Assembly (NCBI GenBank): GCA_000934665.2
Contig: KZ537992.1
Span: forward strand, 62,001-126,000
Length of the DNA stretch: 64,000 nt
Direction: 5' to 3'
Source of the DNA: Catajapyx aquilonaris
Lineage: Eukaryota
The notes below the pieces were generated by a model that ran no database searches, was not told the origin of the DNA, and saw only the letters and a program-made list of their open reading frames with translations. This document shows, piece after piece, positions 1-12,629 of this stretch. Each line of letters opens with the position of its first letter. The stretch's first letter is position 1. The position numbers and the translations under genes were made by a program.

Positions 1-2666
1 GTTTTGCTCAGTAATGTACATCACCGATCAAATCGCTCGCATGTAAACACGACATTACAGTGGTAATACAATATTGAAGGGACCAAAAAAAAAATTTATT
101 CGCTCATTTACAGTGGAAAGGCGTCCTTTCGTAATAATCAGGCTGGGGGGGTAACAAGGAGCAAAAATAATAAGGAAGATGCACTACACCGTGGTTGAGC
201 ACACACCTAATCTCAAAAAAAAAAAAGTTACACAATAAAATAACAAGTGTCCTTCAAATGACGACAAAAAAAAAAAGAGGTGTTACATGTAACCATATAC
301 TTTTTTTTAAAGCGGGGGTGGACCTAATTTGTCATTAAAAATTGCACTTCATTCCAAACGTATCGAACTAATATTACAGAAATCAAAAAATGTATTGGAA
401 CATGATTCATTAGGTTTTTTGTAGTTGTTACACTGCAAGTCAAGGATTTATGAAACCCAGGCGCGTTGTAACCACTATGTACAAATACTGATGTCAGGAC
501 CAGCCGCTTTTTTTTACGCAGCTATCAAATAGTCGTATGATTTAAAGGTATCCGCATCAGTGATGATTTCGCACTGTGCATCGATAATTATAGTGGAAGC
601 TATTCCCAATATTTAAAAATAATCGCAATAATAATATTAGATGAAAACACAAATCCTATAGTTTCTCAATAGCCGTTCCCCGAGATGCGAAGATCGAACT
701 TTGACATTACAATTTTTTCACCCTTGAAAGTGCTAAGGAACATAATTTTTCATTATAATTATTCTAGAAATGCACTCGCACCGATCCCGCTGTAACAAAC
801 ATTTAATAAAATCAAAGCTCATTGCAACAATTACAGCAACAGACGCCAAAAAAAACTGGGGTTCGCATTTTCATCAAATCGTATTGGGGAAACAACTTCC
901 ACTAAATATTATCGATGCACGGAGCAAAAGCCCGACGCTAGCTTCTCCCAAAGCCGTAAGCCAACTTGTCCTGCCATCACCCTTATTTTTTTAGTGCCGT
1001 TAAGCCTGTTTTAACTTTCCACACGTTAAAGCCTTTTGCACTACAAAAATGGCTGTGAAAATAACTCTTGCTCTTGTAGCATTGAGAAGCTATTATATTG
1101 CAAGAAAAACAATTCAGGCCAGTTCACAAAATGTGTGCGATTAGTTTTTTTTCATGAATGCGGATGGCAGTGCGTTGCTTCTAATCTCGTCGACTATTCA
1201 GGTGAAACCCTGGTGGAAATTGGAACAGCTTTTTTCTTTACGTATGAGACTTGCACTTGTCGCGCTGAACCAAAGTTTGTGAACTGGCCTTTACAAGTGA
1301 TAAAATGGCAGTAGACCTCCCATTTCACTGTCCTCCACTCCCACACACTTTAGGTACCTGGTGTTTTCAAGGATTGTTTTAGAAGCCTTGTTAGGTGTAC
1401 TCTTGCAACATCTCTTGATTGTTAAGAAAAAACCGAGACTAAAAACAGTTGAAATAAAAAAACGGAGGAAAGCATAGGTACATTTACACCATGAGTAGCG
1501 ATGTGGTTGAGAATTGTTACTGTCTCTTTGTACTATGAACGTGATCATGACACTATCTCTAAAGTGTTTGGCGAAACCCTGTCGTCATGCTAAACGGTGA
1601 CCTCAAATGCTTGTCACATGCATCTGCCGCAACTCAAATGTAATAATCTTAACACTCTCCAAGTTGCAAGTAAACATTACGTGTAAAATAGGGGAACTGT
1701 TTGCCTCCAGAAAAGCCCGAAGGCGACAGCTCCTTTATTAGTATATGCAATGAGAATATTGCATTCCAGTAAAATTTCGAATAGTGTCGATGCATCTCAA
1801 TGTGACAATTCATCAACCGCATCCATTATTTTTTTTGTGGTCCAATGCAAAAGTACCAAGCAAGGCGACTCGTAAAATCCTTTTTTTTTATGAAAATGAG
1901 GGAGACTAGACGACTTGTTAATGGTTTCTACAGATGATTGGATAAATTCATGTGATTACCAGGAACTCAACTCTAGGGATTTGTTGTTTTTTTTTCCTCT
2001 CTCTAAATGCTTACATATACTTTATGTACACACATACGTACAGTATGGGAAATATAATAATATGATAACCCCTATTGAAGAGTCTGCACAGATCCAAACG
2101 AGAAAAAAAAAACATGTGAAGGCCTCAGATCCTAACTCACACCACGCACACATCATATTTTAAATGTCATTTCATTAGTCTCTCTTCATGATATTTACAA
2201 ACGCAAAGATACACAAAGTACTCGCTTTGTATGCATTAAATTGTATGATAGTTATTCAAATAATGTAAAAACTCTCAATGAGGGCTAGTTGTATGAATGC
2301 AGGGAAAGGAAAAAAAAAAACGTCGGGTTGTGTACAGTGCATACCCATACGTAATCGATTCTCCATAATTTGCATTCACATATCCAGTCCTCACAAAATA
2401 AGTCACACTTTCTAATTATAAACCTAATTAGTCATCCATGATTAAAAAGGAGAAGGAAAAAAAAAATCTCAACCAAACGTTGTAATGTTCACTGAACAGA
2501 TTAAAAACCAAAGGTTGGCTTATGGCAGAATAAAGTAGTAAACATGAAGGTCACTCGTTGCCCCAATTTGCACACCATGACACCATCACTTGAGTCACTC
2601 TCTCGCTCATTTTTTTTTTTAAGCATGTGTATTTGTAACGTACAACAACGTTGCGGTGATTGCTAC

Positions 2667-5600
2667 TCACTCATGGTCGCTTTTATTTGAACTCTGCACA
2701 ACTTGTACCAAGCACTGTCCGAATTCTTCAAGGACCTGGTTAAACATGTCCTTGAAACTGGCACTATGCCTCTCCATCTCCTCCGCCCGGGCCAGCAGGC
2801 ACTGACAGGTTGCCTCCACGACATCACCAGTCACGAACATCGATGGAGGCCTATTGAGAAGAAGAATCATTAGACTGCACAGTAGTTGAAAAAAAAATGA
2901 TATGAAAGTAAATCCGAATAATCTTACTTAGTTCCAGTCATCAACGGCATAGGTGGCCTGAAGGCAATGTCCTGAATGTGTGCCGACAACTTGGTCTTTG
3001 CCAGGTTCTGTTGGAGCACTCTAACTTCCGCCGCATCAGCCAGGTCGCGAAGACTCTTCTGGTCGATAGCATCCTCAAAGTTCTTGCAGCCCATACATTT
3101 GCACATTGCGGAGCATGGAATCTTCGCCTGTTTGAGGAAGCCAACATTATAATTCAAGCTCGAAATTATTAGTTTCCCTTGACCATGGCAGGCAACAGGA
3201 AGCAGAAGAATTGAGCTACGTGCCCCAAACTGAGTTGCAGCTACACTGAAAAATACCTACTTTACTAATATTAATCGCACAGTTGCACGAATTAAAAGGG
3301 CGTACAGTACACAACAGACAGAAACTGGGAAGGTTATAAGGTACCAATTGCCAAAATAAAAGGCCATCAAAAAAAAGAATCTACTCGTACCATTGCATTT
3401 CCCAACAAAGAGGCAAGAAAAGTGTTCGCAAGAAGAAAACAAATTGCGTACCAATACTCTACGCAACTGTGTACTTTCATAGCATGCAGTTGTGGAAGTG
3501 TCACTTTCCATAATACGATTAAGTTATGTACAGGCTGAGAATCCTCTACCAGGAATGATTAGTGCTGACATGACGAGCCAGATGAGGTACAGCGAGTACT
3601 TTTTACATGTAAAAATCCACTAGCGTCATTAACTGTATCTGTACGTAACATTCACCTAAACCTATCTTCGGCATAGTTATCAAATGCAAATGGATAATGT
3701 CGGATGAAAGTGTTTCCCGTCCCATTCCATAGATGCAAAGTCCGAAACCACTTTCGGGTCACACGCATTTCCCATATAAAGGATTCTCAACCTGTACTGT
3801 GGATTTATCAAAATCATTTGTATCTAGTTACTTTGAAAATGTAACTTTCCAAACGGTGATGAGCACAGACCTCGTAGCACTCGCAGTAATTCTTGAGGCA
3901 CCCAGATCGCTTGCAGTTGCAGCCCTTATTGTGCCTCCTCTCTCTGTCCGCGCCCAAACCCTTCCCAATCTTCGGGCGGAAAGCATTGGGGTTTCGGTCC
4001 AGGCAGGCCTTTATAGCTTTCTGGCGTTCCTCCTCATGCACCAGATTGTTGTAGCAGTTGGCGCAGTTGCACAGGTTGCAGAACTCTCCGTTTGCAAAGC
4101 AGTCACAGTAACTGGAAGAAGAACGACATGTAGAATGACTCGATTTGAACCTAAAAGGCGAAGAGAAAAATCACACAAAATCAGGTTACTGTTTCCTTAC
4201 AAATTCTTGCTCAGCGGATTCACAAGTGGGTTGGATCAGGTCAGGCGTGGAAAGGGAAAGACGCAGGGTATCCTTGGGGTAGGGGGAAAGAAAATCACGC
4301 AGTCAGATATATGCAATGGAAAATTAATGCAAATGCAGGTAAAGTTTCGACAGTGGCGTAACACTCCAGCATGTAATTATGCTCTTGACTGGACATCATT
4401 GCTTAACAAGACTACTCCAAGTAAGCGAATTAAGATGTCAGGCAACAAAGTACATAATAAAAATAGGCTCACAGCTTCAAACACTGCGACTTGGTGCAGT
4501 TGCACGGCTTCCTTGGCCTGAGTCCATTTGGCTCCATGATGGTCCTGGTCATTGCGGCAGGGACAGGAGACGGCCTCACTATGGGAATGGGTGGGCCTCC
4601 ATTGGCCTCCAACTTCATCTGGGGTGACGAGCCAGAAGCTGAGGCTGCGTTCCTCGACTGCGATACCAACAGGCTCGTCTGGCTCTTTGCGGTGCTCATA
4701 ATGTTTGCCACCGTTCCTGTGGATCCTGTCGTTGCAGATGAAGCGAACTGCGCTGGGACTACCACTATATTGCTCGAACTACCTGCGCTACCCGAGGCAC
4801 CCGAGGAAAGTATTGTGGCACCTGCAGGGAGCGCCGATGCGACTGTGGCAGAGGGAGTGGCCCCGGATGACGAAGGTACGCTGGCAGGACGAAGCTGGGC
4901 CATAGCATTAGCTGGGACCAGGATTCGCTGCGTCTGACTCACAGTTCCCAGTTTAGTAGAAACCTTGGGTTGGACGGAGAAATAAAAAGTGAGTACATCT
5001 GCACGGAAGGTACTTATGGCATTCTTCTTACCATCCTGGTTCCCTGTGTGTTAGGCGCGATTGGAACCACTTTAACAGTGGTTCCCAGAGTTGTGCTGCC
5101 TCCCTGTGAACCCGATGCAGTTGAAGTGATGGGAATTATCTTGGGACTGACAGGAATTACTTGCGTCTGCTTGGCAGTGGTGGTCACCGTCCCTCCTGAT
5201 GTGGCCGTTGTCGACTGAGTGGCAGTAACGAGTCGGACATATTGGAACTGGCGCCCAGTAATGTGCTGCGCCTGCTGAGGCGTTGCAAGCCGAATAACTT
5301 GGCGATGAGTGGTCCCCTGGAGGGTTAGTCCACTCTTCAAAGTACCCTGAGGAGTCAGAAACGTTTGGGCATAAATATTTGTCAAGTGCGAATATCCTAA
5401 CGAAAGGGAGCAACATGTTAAATACAATTAAAATTCTTTACACGTACATGCAATAAGCCATCTTTAAAAGTACAATATATCCCACCTGCCAAAGGGCTTC
5501 GGTATAAAACAATGCAACCTAAACTGGGTCTCTTACCTGTGTTGCTTGCACAGTGGACGGCCTGATGATAAATCTGGGTTGCCCTCCGGAAGTACTAGTT

Positions 5601-6830
5601 CCAGCAGCCTTGAGTGCAGACGTGGGCACCACGGCTATTCCTGGTTTTTGCCCTGGAGACGTTGTTGTTGAAACTGTTGAAATGGGTGCAGGCAAGATCT
5701 TTGTTGGAGTTTTCATGACCGATGGTATGACTGTGAAGCGAGTCGGTGCCTTCAGCGGTGACACCACTTTGCTGATTATGACAGGTTTCCCCGCCGATGA
5801 AGTTGATGGTGAAGACACAGTCTGAAGCTTGGTGCCTGGAGCCAGTGTGATTGGCTTTCCTGAACTGGACATTATGGTTCCAGATGGATGGCCTGATATG
5901 ATTTTAATTCCGGACGATGCGGCATCCCCTGACTGGGACGTTGCTAAAATCACCGGCTGCGGGTTTGGCTGTCCTGTGGTCGGACTTCCTGTTATGATGA
6001 ACTTGGTGATCACCTGCCCTGGCTTCCCAGGGAATGGCCGCTTCATAGCAGAGCCCGAGTTGGCTATGGTGGTAGTCATCACCGGACGTGTTCCAATCTG
6101 CTGCAGTGTCAAAGGCCGTGACAAGGGTGTTAATGTCTTCATCGGCGCCTGCGGTTGCTGGATAACCAGCACCTTCGGACCCATAGGTGACGACGACAAT
6201 GTTGTTAGGGAGCTTGCCTGAAAAATGCAATAATTAAGTGCCTACAGAAACGAAGCAGACATGCACACATATTTCAAAAGCAATTCAGGTGCTAATAAAA
6301 TTTAAGTAGCTCTGCTCTGACTTTAATGTTTCACTTTGAGAGAAAGTTTAACCATACTAGTGGCGCGCACAAAAGGACTTGCCGCCTCAAATAACACAGC
6401 AAATCCATACACATACCGGAATGACAGTAGTCACAGTTGAAACAGTTGGCTTGGTCGCCAATGTCACATGCTGCACCTGCGGTCGTGTCTCGGGTGGAGT
6501 CGGGTCAGGCGTGAGTGGCATCTGGATATCGTCCATGGCCGAAGTCACGTGAATGTCTCCAACCACCTCGTCAGCTGCAATGACCATGTCGTCCACTCCG
6601 CTCACCACTTCCTCCTCCACCACTGAGAAGGCCAGTCCATCATCTACATGGTGCACCAAGGCATCCATTCCTGAGCCTTCCACTACTTTGATGCTGGCCA
6701 TCTTCTCTCCCCCACCCCCACCCAGCCCTTCTGGCTCAACCAATGTCCCTGAGTTGAGCCTGTCCAACTCCGCACAAATGCCAGCAAAATCCACGTTCCC
6801 ACCTGACCCAGGCGAATCCAACGGGTCCGT
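2667..6830 (-). CDS. LIN54: Lin-54/Mip120 homolog (tesmin CXC-domain subunit of the MuvB/DREAM complex), ~7 coding exons
   Basis: Two CXC domains ([25 protein letters not shown] and [26 protein letters not shown]) joined by the [10 protein letters not shown] hinge; C-terminal [21 protein letters not shown]. Exons approx 6830/6701-6417, 6217-5537, 5346-5032, 4962-4472, 4113-3870, 3128-2929, 2850-2667 with GT-AG boundaries. Start codon uncertain (see findings). Confidence 0.93.
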
Positions 6831-7510
6831 GGTTGACGTCTACTTCCTGTGAACGTAAAACAGAATAAATCAGATGTAAAAATGGAAAGGCTGCGGTGTC
6901 CAGTTAATATCTCATAATTTCCACCTATCACTGCAAATAGGAAAGTTCTTTAGGTGCAAAGCTGTTGACTCTACCCGGCCCTACTTCAAAACTTTGGGGG
7001 AAATCTAAGACGCTTCATGTATACACATATTCAGTAGCCTGCACTTGCTAATTACACTGTGCTAATTACCATGAAATAAAATAACAGTCTACACTCGAGG
7101 TAATTCAGGACAATTCTCCAACAATGTCAAGCAGTGCTCTTTGGAAGGAAGGGCCTGCATACCACAAGCGGTGTTAACAAGTCGACAGTACCACCTGCAC
7201 ACGACATGACAGCAGTGCTCTAAAGTCTACAGGACAATTCCACAGCCTTCGGCAGATGATGTGAAGAACTACAGACGACTCGACACTTGCATGTGTACAT
7301 AACTACTAAGAATCACGTTAATTCAACAATGTGGCTGTGTACTTAGACCCCTGGAACAACATTGCAGCTCTTGTCTCAAAATATCACCTCACAATTTGCC
7401 AATAAGCATAAATTCAAACTTTGTACTGTACTACGATCTGCATTACTCTCACCTCAGTACGAAACAAATGCGTACCGGAAGTAATTACATTATTAATCAG
7501 AAAAATATAC

Positions 7511-7720
7511 AGGGTGTTTCAACTTTTTTGCCCGAACAGTTATCGGAAATAATGCACTATAAGCTGCTACTTTGTAAGCAGTGACTTGCAACTGGTTTGT
7601 CGGAGGAATGGGGATTATTCCCTGCGAATCTTAGGTTGAAGTGGCATACACTGGTTACAAAGTAGCAGCTTAGTGCAACATTTCCAATAACTGTTTGGAC
7701 AAAAAAGTTGAAACACCCTG
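7511..7720. mobile_element. Tc1/mariner-type MITE
   Basis: TA-CAGGGTGTTTCAACTTTTTTG...CAAAAAAGTTGAAACACCCTG-TA, with long imperfect inverted arms. Confidence 0.8.
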
Positions 7721-7812
7721 TATTTAATGCTGGAGCGGGAAAGTCGGAAAATCGGGGTTCTACTCTGTCGTCCCAAGGTAAAACAGCCTAACATAAAAAC
7801 TAGTGAGGGTGA

Positions 7813-8051
7813 TTGGTTTGGTTTATTAGGAAGAAGCCAAAGCAACTGTGGCTATCTGGCTATAGAAGACGCAAAGATGGGACAGATGGAGAGACAAACG
7901 AAGAGAGGAAAGACTGGTATCCCTCTTAGTCTGTCTCCTATCCCAAAGACCTGTCCGGCTTGTAGACGAAGCTACTGCCGCCATAGCTCTTGGGGTCATG
8001 GGTGAAACGCAAACCCCACCACCACGATAAGGTGGGATACCATCGGGGGGG
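7813..8051 (-). mobile_element. Short non-autonomous RTE-derived retroelement, copy 1
   Basis: 11-bp target-site duplication agtgagggtga (7802-7812 / 8052-8062); aataaaccaaacc tail; homologous to 8333-8583. Confidence 0.75.
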
Positions 8052-8132
8052 AGTGAGGGTGAAAGTCGCACTAATCCCCCCTGACTCAGAGGGGATTAGT
8101 ACAGGGCATTGATGCATGCAACCTTCACCCTC

Positions 8133-8263
8133 ACTATAGATCGGTCACTATATGAACGCAACCAAGTGACCAATTTTATTACAGGAAGGAATACAGTTTG
8201 TAATAAAATTCCTGTAATAAAATTGGCCACTCGGTTGCGTTCGTATAGTGACCGATCTATAGT
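8133..8263. mobile_element. Palindromic MITE nested inside the 7763-8299 element
   Basis: actatagatcggtcactata...tatagtgaccgatctatagt, near-perfect ~55-bp arms. Confidence 0.65.
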
Positions 8264-8332
8264 TTTCAAGTTAGGCTGTTTTACATTGGGACGACAGTAC
8301 TGTATTATATAAGCGAAATTCCTAACAGCGAG

Positions 8333-8583
8333 CCCCCCGATGGTATCTCCACCTTATCGTGGTGGTGGTGGGGTTTGCGTTTCTCCCATGACCCCAAGAG
8401 CTATGCCGGCGGTAGCTTCGTCTACTGGTAGGGCCACCCAAGCCGGACAGGTCTTTGGGATAGGAGACAGAGAGATTTCCTCTCTTCTTTTTCCTCTTCG
8501 TTTCTCTCTCCATCTGTCCCACCTTTGCTTCTTCTTATAGCCAGATAGCCATAGTTGCTTTGGCTTCTTCCGAATAAACCAAA
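8333..8583 (+). mobile_element. Short non-autonomous RTE-derived retroelement, copy 2
   Basis: 12-bp TSD ccta(a/g)cagcgag (8321-8332 / 8584-8595); the 5' part ccaccttatcgtggtgg...ctactggtagggccacccaagccggacaggtc resembles RTE-clade (Expander/Rex3, BovB) 5' UTRs as recalled. Confidence 0.75.
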
Positions 8584-8649
8584 CCTAGCAGCGAGTGACA
8601 TACGGTTCAACACCCATTAATCGCAACACAGCATCAATAACCTACTTAA

Positions 8650-9120
8650 CCCTTAACTATGTAGGTGGAGCCTGAGAGGCTCCAAGCACTATTTAAACGC
8701 ATGTAACTTTTTCATTGAATTTTATTTTCCCCTGTCCTTCCGTGACTTTGTCAGAAAAACCTTCCTAATCATGGAAAGGAAAGAAAAATTTTTTTAGTCC
8801 CTACTGTTTGGTTTAAAAAAATTCGTAACGAGGAACAGGTCCCTCCTGGAACCGCACAGGCTCTATATCTCGTAGGTGAAGCCTGAGCGGCTCAAGCACG
8901 ATGTAACCTTTTAATTAAAAATTTTTCCCTGTCAGAATATGCTGACTAAGCGTGTGATTTTTACGTATTCGGAAGCCTAATGATCTGAACTGCACTTTCT
9001 GTACGTGAAAAGTCCAATATAACAATTTAGTTGATAAGCAGAAATTTAAATATACCGTTGGAGCCTCTCAGGCTCCACCTACGTAGTTAAAGGTGTTTCA
9101 CCCACCTACGTAGTTAAGGG
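8650..9120. mobile_element. piggyBac-type MITE
   Basis: TTAA TSDs (8646-8649, 9121-9124); TIR CCCTTAACTA(T/C)GTAGGTGG; internal repeats ggagcctgagaggctcc. Confidence 0.85.
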
Positions 9121-10259
9121 TTAACATCAAAACTCCGCACAATGGAAGTTGATTGCCACCACATACACCTTATCATACAGCGGACTTGGTCCCACTGTGA
9201 CTCAACATCCATTCAGTACCTTTGGGCCCACACACTCCTTCCCTGCCCCTGGGCCGCCCCCCTCCAAGTCCAGCCGGTGCAACGAACCTCCCTAGAATGA
9301 CTCCCCCAAATGCCTAAATTCGAACTCCTCTATTAATAGTGGTGGGTGCCGCCTTACTTCGAACTTTCGAACGCCGAATTCCGCGCCTCTTCCCTCCGCT
9401 TCCCCCCCAAAAAGCTCCCTTGTTCCTGGCGATCCTTCCTCCTCGAGCCTATCCCCCTGGTTCCAATCCGTGTCCGCCACCTAAGAAGTCGGCCGCATCA
9501 GACCCGAACCTGGCCCCCACAATCTGGAGTCGAAAATTCAAGCCATAAGCGCCGCCATTACTCAAACTAGCAAGCGGGAGGGTCTGGAGGGGAGGGGGGG
9601 GGGAAGGAATGAGAAAAAAAAGGGAGGGGGTGGGGGGCAGGGCGAAAACGATGCGCAACAAATATTAGCTGTTACTTTGGCTATAACTGTTATTCGCAAA
9701 TGTGGACCAATCGGGATGGGACGATTCGACTAATGTGGCTAGCTGCTATCTGAAACAGGGTGCATGTTCGTAGCTGCTGCGGTTTGTTCGACCCCACGGC
9801 CGCCTCAAAATGCCCGCCATTTTCCTCTGCCAGCGAAGCATTCCAAAATGCAAACACCCCTAGGGGCTACCCACCCTAGATGATCGGGGCGGATGAACCC
9901 AATGGCCCACCTAGGGGCAAGCACGGCTCGAATAAACCCCACTATTGGGGGAGGCGGAATATTCCCTTGAGATGATATGATGGGGAGGGGGGAAGGGGGA
10001 AGGGCGAAAACTTTGTCCGCTGAATTTGCCATATTGGAAGCACGAGCTTCAGCTTTGAAAATTCGAAATTTATTAGCGCTTTTTGACTCATCCTGTATGC
10101 CATATGTGACGCCTGATTGACCTTTGACCTTGTTCGCTGGGTCACACATAGGTCGCTGGGTCACATATAGGTCGCAAGGTGTAGCTTCCAACCAAAGCAC
10201 TACGTACCCCACACAACGGCGCTGACCATCAATTGAGAATAAAACTATTACCCTAATCC

Positions 10260-10314
10260 GTGTAATTACAGCGTACTGTAATTAGGCCCTAATTACAGTA
10301 CGCTGTAATTACAC
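10260..10314. repeat. Perfect 27-bp-arm palindrome
   Basis: gtgtaattacagcgtactgtaattagg-c-cctaattacagtacgctgtaattacac. Confidence 0.85.
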
Positions 10315-10402
10315 AGGTTAATGAGACATACACATTTGGAGACTTTTATGCGATTGAAGGCATAATATTATTTGTTAATGTTCAGCTGGGTTCATTCCCG
10401 CC

Positions 10403-10453
10403 TGCGTTTCTCCCATGACCCCAAGAGCTATGCTGGTGGTAGCTTCGTCTACT
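10403..10453 (+). mobile_element. Fragment of the RTE-derived element
   Basis: tgcgtttctcccatgaccccaagagctatgctggtggtagcttcgtctact matches ~8376-8426. Confidence 0.7.
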
Positions 10454-10636
10454 CGCATCCTCGGCCAGGTGCGCCACAAATGTCCAGTAATTCCTGTAGT
10501 GCAACAAATTGGCGCGGGGGCCTTTATGGTCGGGTCGCCGTAACTCTGAGACAGTGCAACAAATAGGTTTAGCAGCCAATGGTACTTTGTAGTTGATTCA
10601 AACTATGTAAAAACAAATCATATGAACCTGTCATAA

Positions 10637-10750
10637 TGCCGTCCCACGGATAAAAGCCATATCTGCAAAACCGTCGACTTTCCCACTCTAGAGCACTGGC
10701 AAGTCGACTCTAACGGTTTTGCAGATACGGCTTTTTTCTGTGGGACGGCA
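10637..10750. mobile_element. MITE-like inverted repeat
   Basis: tgccgtcccacggataaaagccatatctgcaaaaccgt ... acggttttgcagatacggcttttttctgtgggacggca. Confidence 0.7.
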
Positions 10751-11309
10751 GATATGCGATTGGCTGGCTGGCTCTACGTAATTTAAAAAGGGCATAGCTT
10801 ATACATGCGAATTACTCCCTGTCAAACAGTATAATTACTACTGGACCGCTAGTACTGGCTCAAGGCCATCATGCATGCTGTGCCACACCCTCGCACCTGT
10901 AAGTTCCAGCAATTATGAAAATCGTCGCTTGCATTACAAAGTGTCGCACCTTCAGTTCATACTGAAGCAACTGCACGCTTCATAAAAATGAGATTAAACT
11001 GCCCTTGGTTTACTCATCATGAGTGTGAACCTGTAGCTGAACAGTAAATCACAATTGGTTGGTCGCACTGCTGCCAGTATATGGAGCGTATGATAAATAT
11101 ATCGACACTAATAACCATTTTGAATAAATTGGCCCTTGCAGCAGTTCGACTGGAAGGTAGTCATACATGGCAATCAAATATTTATGGGACATCCCATTAC
11201 AGTAACATTTTGGGTACTTTTCCGTTTGCAAACCACATTGTTATTACAACTATTATATTTAAACTATGTCAGATTAAATTTTAAAAAATCACTGCTATAC
11301 ATGTATCAA

Positions 11310-11442
11310 CAGTGCAAAAAGAACTGTCCCAGTCATCCTGACGTGTGGGCTGGCCGCTCGACACACACCATGTAAGTTACATGGTGTGCGTCGAGCGGGC
11401 AGCACACACATCAGGATGACTGGGACAATTCTTTTTGCACTG
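11310..11442. mobile_element. Palindromic MITE-like element
   Basis: cagtgcaaaaagaactgtcccagtcatcctga ... tcaggatgactgggacaattctttttgcactg, fold-back over the whole length. Confidence 0.7.
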
Positions 11443-11999
11443 ACGATACGTTCCGAAGCCCAGTACTTACAGTAACATGACAATTTTTTTGAATTCTTCG
11501 GCAGATGATGTGACGACTCGCATGTACAAAATTTGCATGTGCACTTACCTACTAAGAATAACGTTAATTCAACATTGTGGCTGTGTACTTAAAGAGCCCT
11601 GGAACAACATTGCAGCTCTTGTCACTAAGCATTTGTACTGTACTCCGATCTGCATTACTCTCATTACAATGTGCATCTAACCTGTTGTTTCAATTGAATT
11701 GCTCTAATTACAATGTCCTTTTCAAATTTAAAAAAGGACACTTGTAAATCCGCCATTTTTTTTTTCGAATCCTCAAAATATTTCACTACATTTTTTTTTT
11801 CCATTGAAAATAATTATCCCCCCAAAATTTTCGTTCGTACTTTTCACCTCACCTCTTTTTTCTTCTTCTTCCCAACCCCCAATTATCGGAATTGCCAATT
11901 GCGCGCTACTGAAATTCGCCTTAGTGTTGTTTTTCGCACAAAAATGAGTTCCCTCCACAGCTGCAAACGCCCGCCGCCGTTTCTGATGCTTTTCAACTC

Positions 12000-12629
12000 A
12001 CCCCGACTTTCTTCACGTTCCAAAAAACAACAACAACCTCTCCAGCCTCCAGCTCAAGTCCTTTAGGAACTGTCCAGACGCTTCCTGATTTTTCGTTCTT
12101 GTTTTAAAATGAAAAAAAAGGAAGATTTTCGAACACGGGGAACAAGACGCCGATTTTTGTTCGACCAAATTTTTTTTCTTTTTCTTTTTTTTTCCCCGTC
12201 CCCTCCCCCCCTCGTCTTATTTCGCTTTTGCTTTCCTGCCCCGCAAAGGTTACCAGATGCGGAGGAAATGGAGGGAATTATTCCACGCAAGTAGCAAAGG
12301 TTGCCAGGTGAAGTCATGGATAAAACGGCAGCCATTTTTAGTCCCGAATAGTACTAAATGGAAGGACCAAACTTGCTCAATCAGGATGCCAATTTAACAT
12401 TACAGCACGGCACCGATCACGGATTAATAATTTACATCCAAATATACGTTAAAAAGTGCATATTGTTTAACTAAATCGGAAATGAATGCGATGGCGAGCT
12501 AAATTTCAGCAGATTTCAAAATGTCGATATGATTTGACCTTGCCAACCTTGACGGCGTATGAGCAAAAAAAAAAAGAAACAGATGACGATCTGACGGAAA
12601 AAAAAGAAAAAAAAAGAAAGAAGAAAAAG
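12000..12629. promoter_or_regulatory. Probable divergent promoter region for LIN54 (-) and COPS4 (+)
   Basis: Head-to-head gene arrangement; YY1-like gccatttt (12331) and aagatggcgg at the COPS4 start; GGTTGCCA motif at ~12299. Confidence 0.4.

Larger units (their letters stand above)
7763..8299. mobile_element. MITE (TIR CTGTCGTCCCAAGGTAAAACA) containing nested insertions
   Basis: Inverted termini ctgtcgtcccaaggtaaaacagcctaac / gttaggctgttttacattgggacgacag; an uninterrupted relative lies at ~48521-48703. Confidence 0.75.

Noticed and set aside
1350..1413. Alternative last exon of LIN54 using the GTGAGT overlapping the stop codon
   Set aside because: Weak AAG acceptor and no recognisable homology; unsupported without RNA data
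3733..4521. 262-aa plus-strand ORF and similar long antisense ORFs (e.g. 28053-28643)
   Set aside because: Antisense shadows of real exons with no recognisable domains
8400..8470. Twister ribozyme (cccaagccgga similarity)
   Set aside because: Lacks the cleavage-site UAA loop and the GGAGGG pseudoknot partner; kept only as an unknown structured RNA
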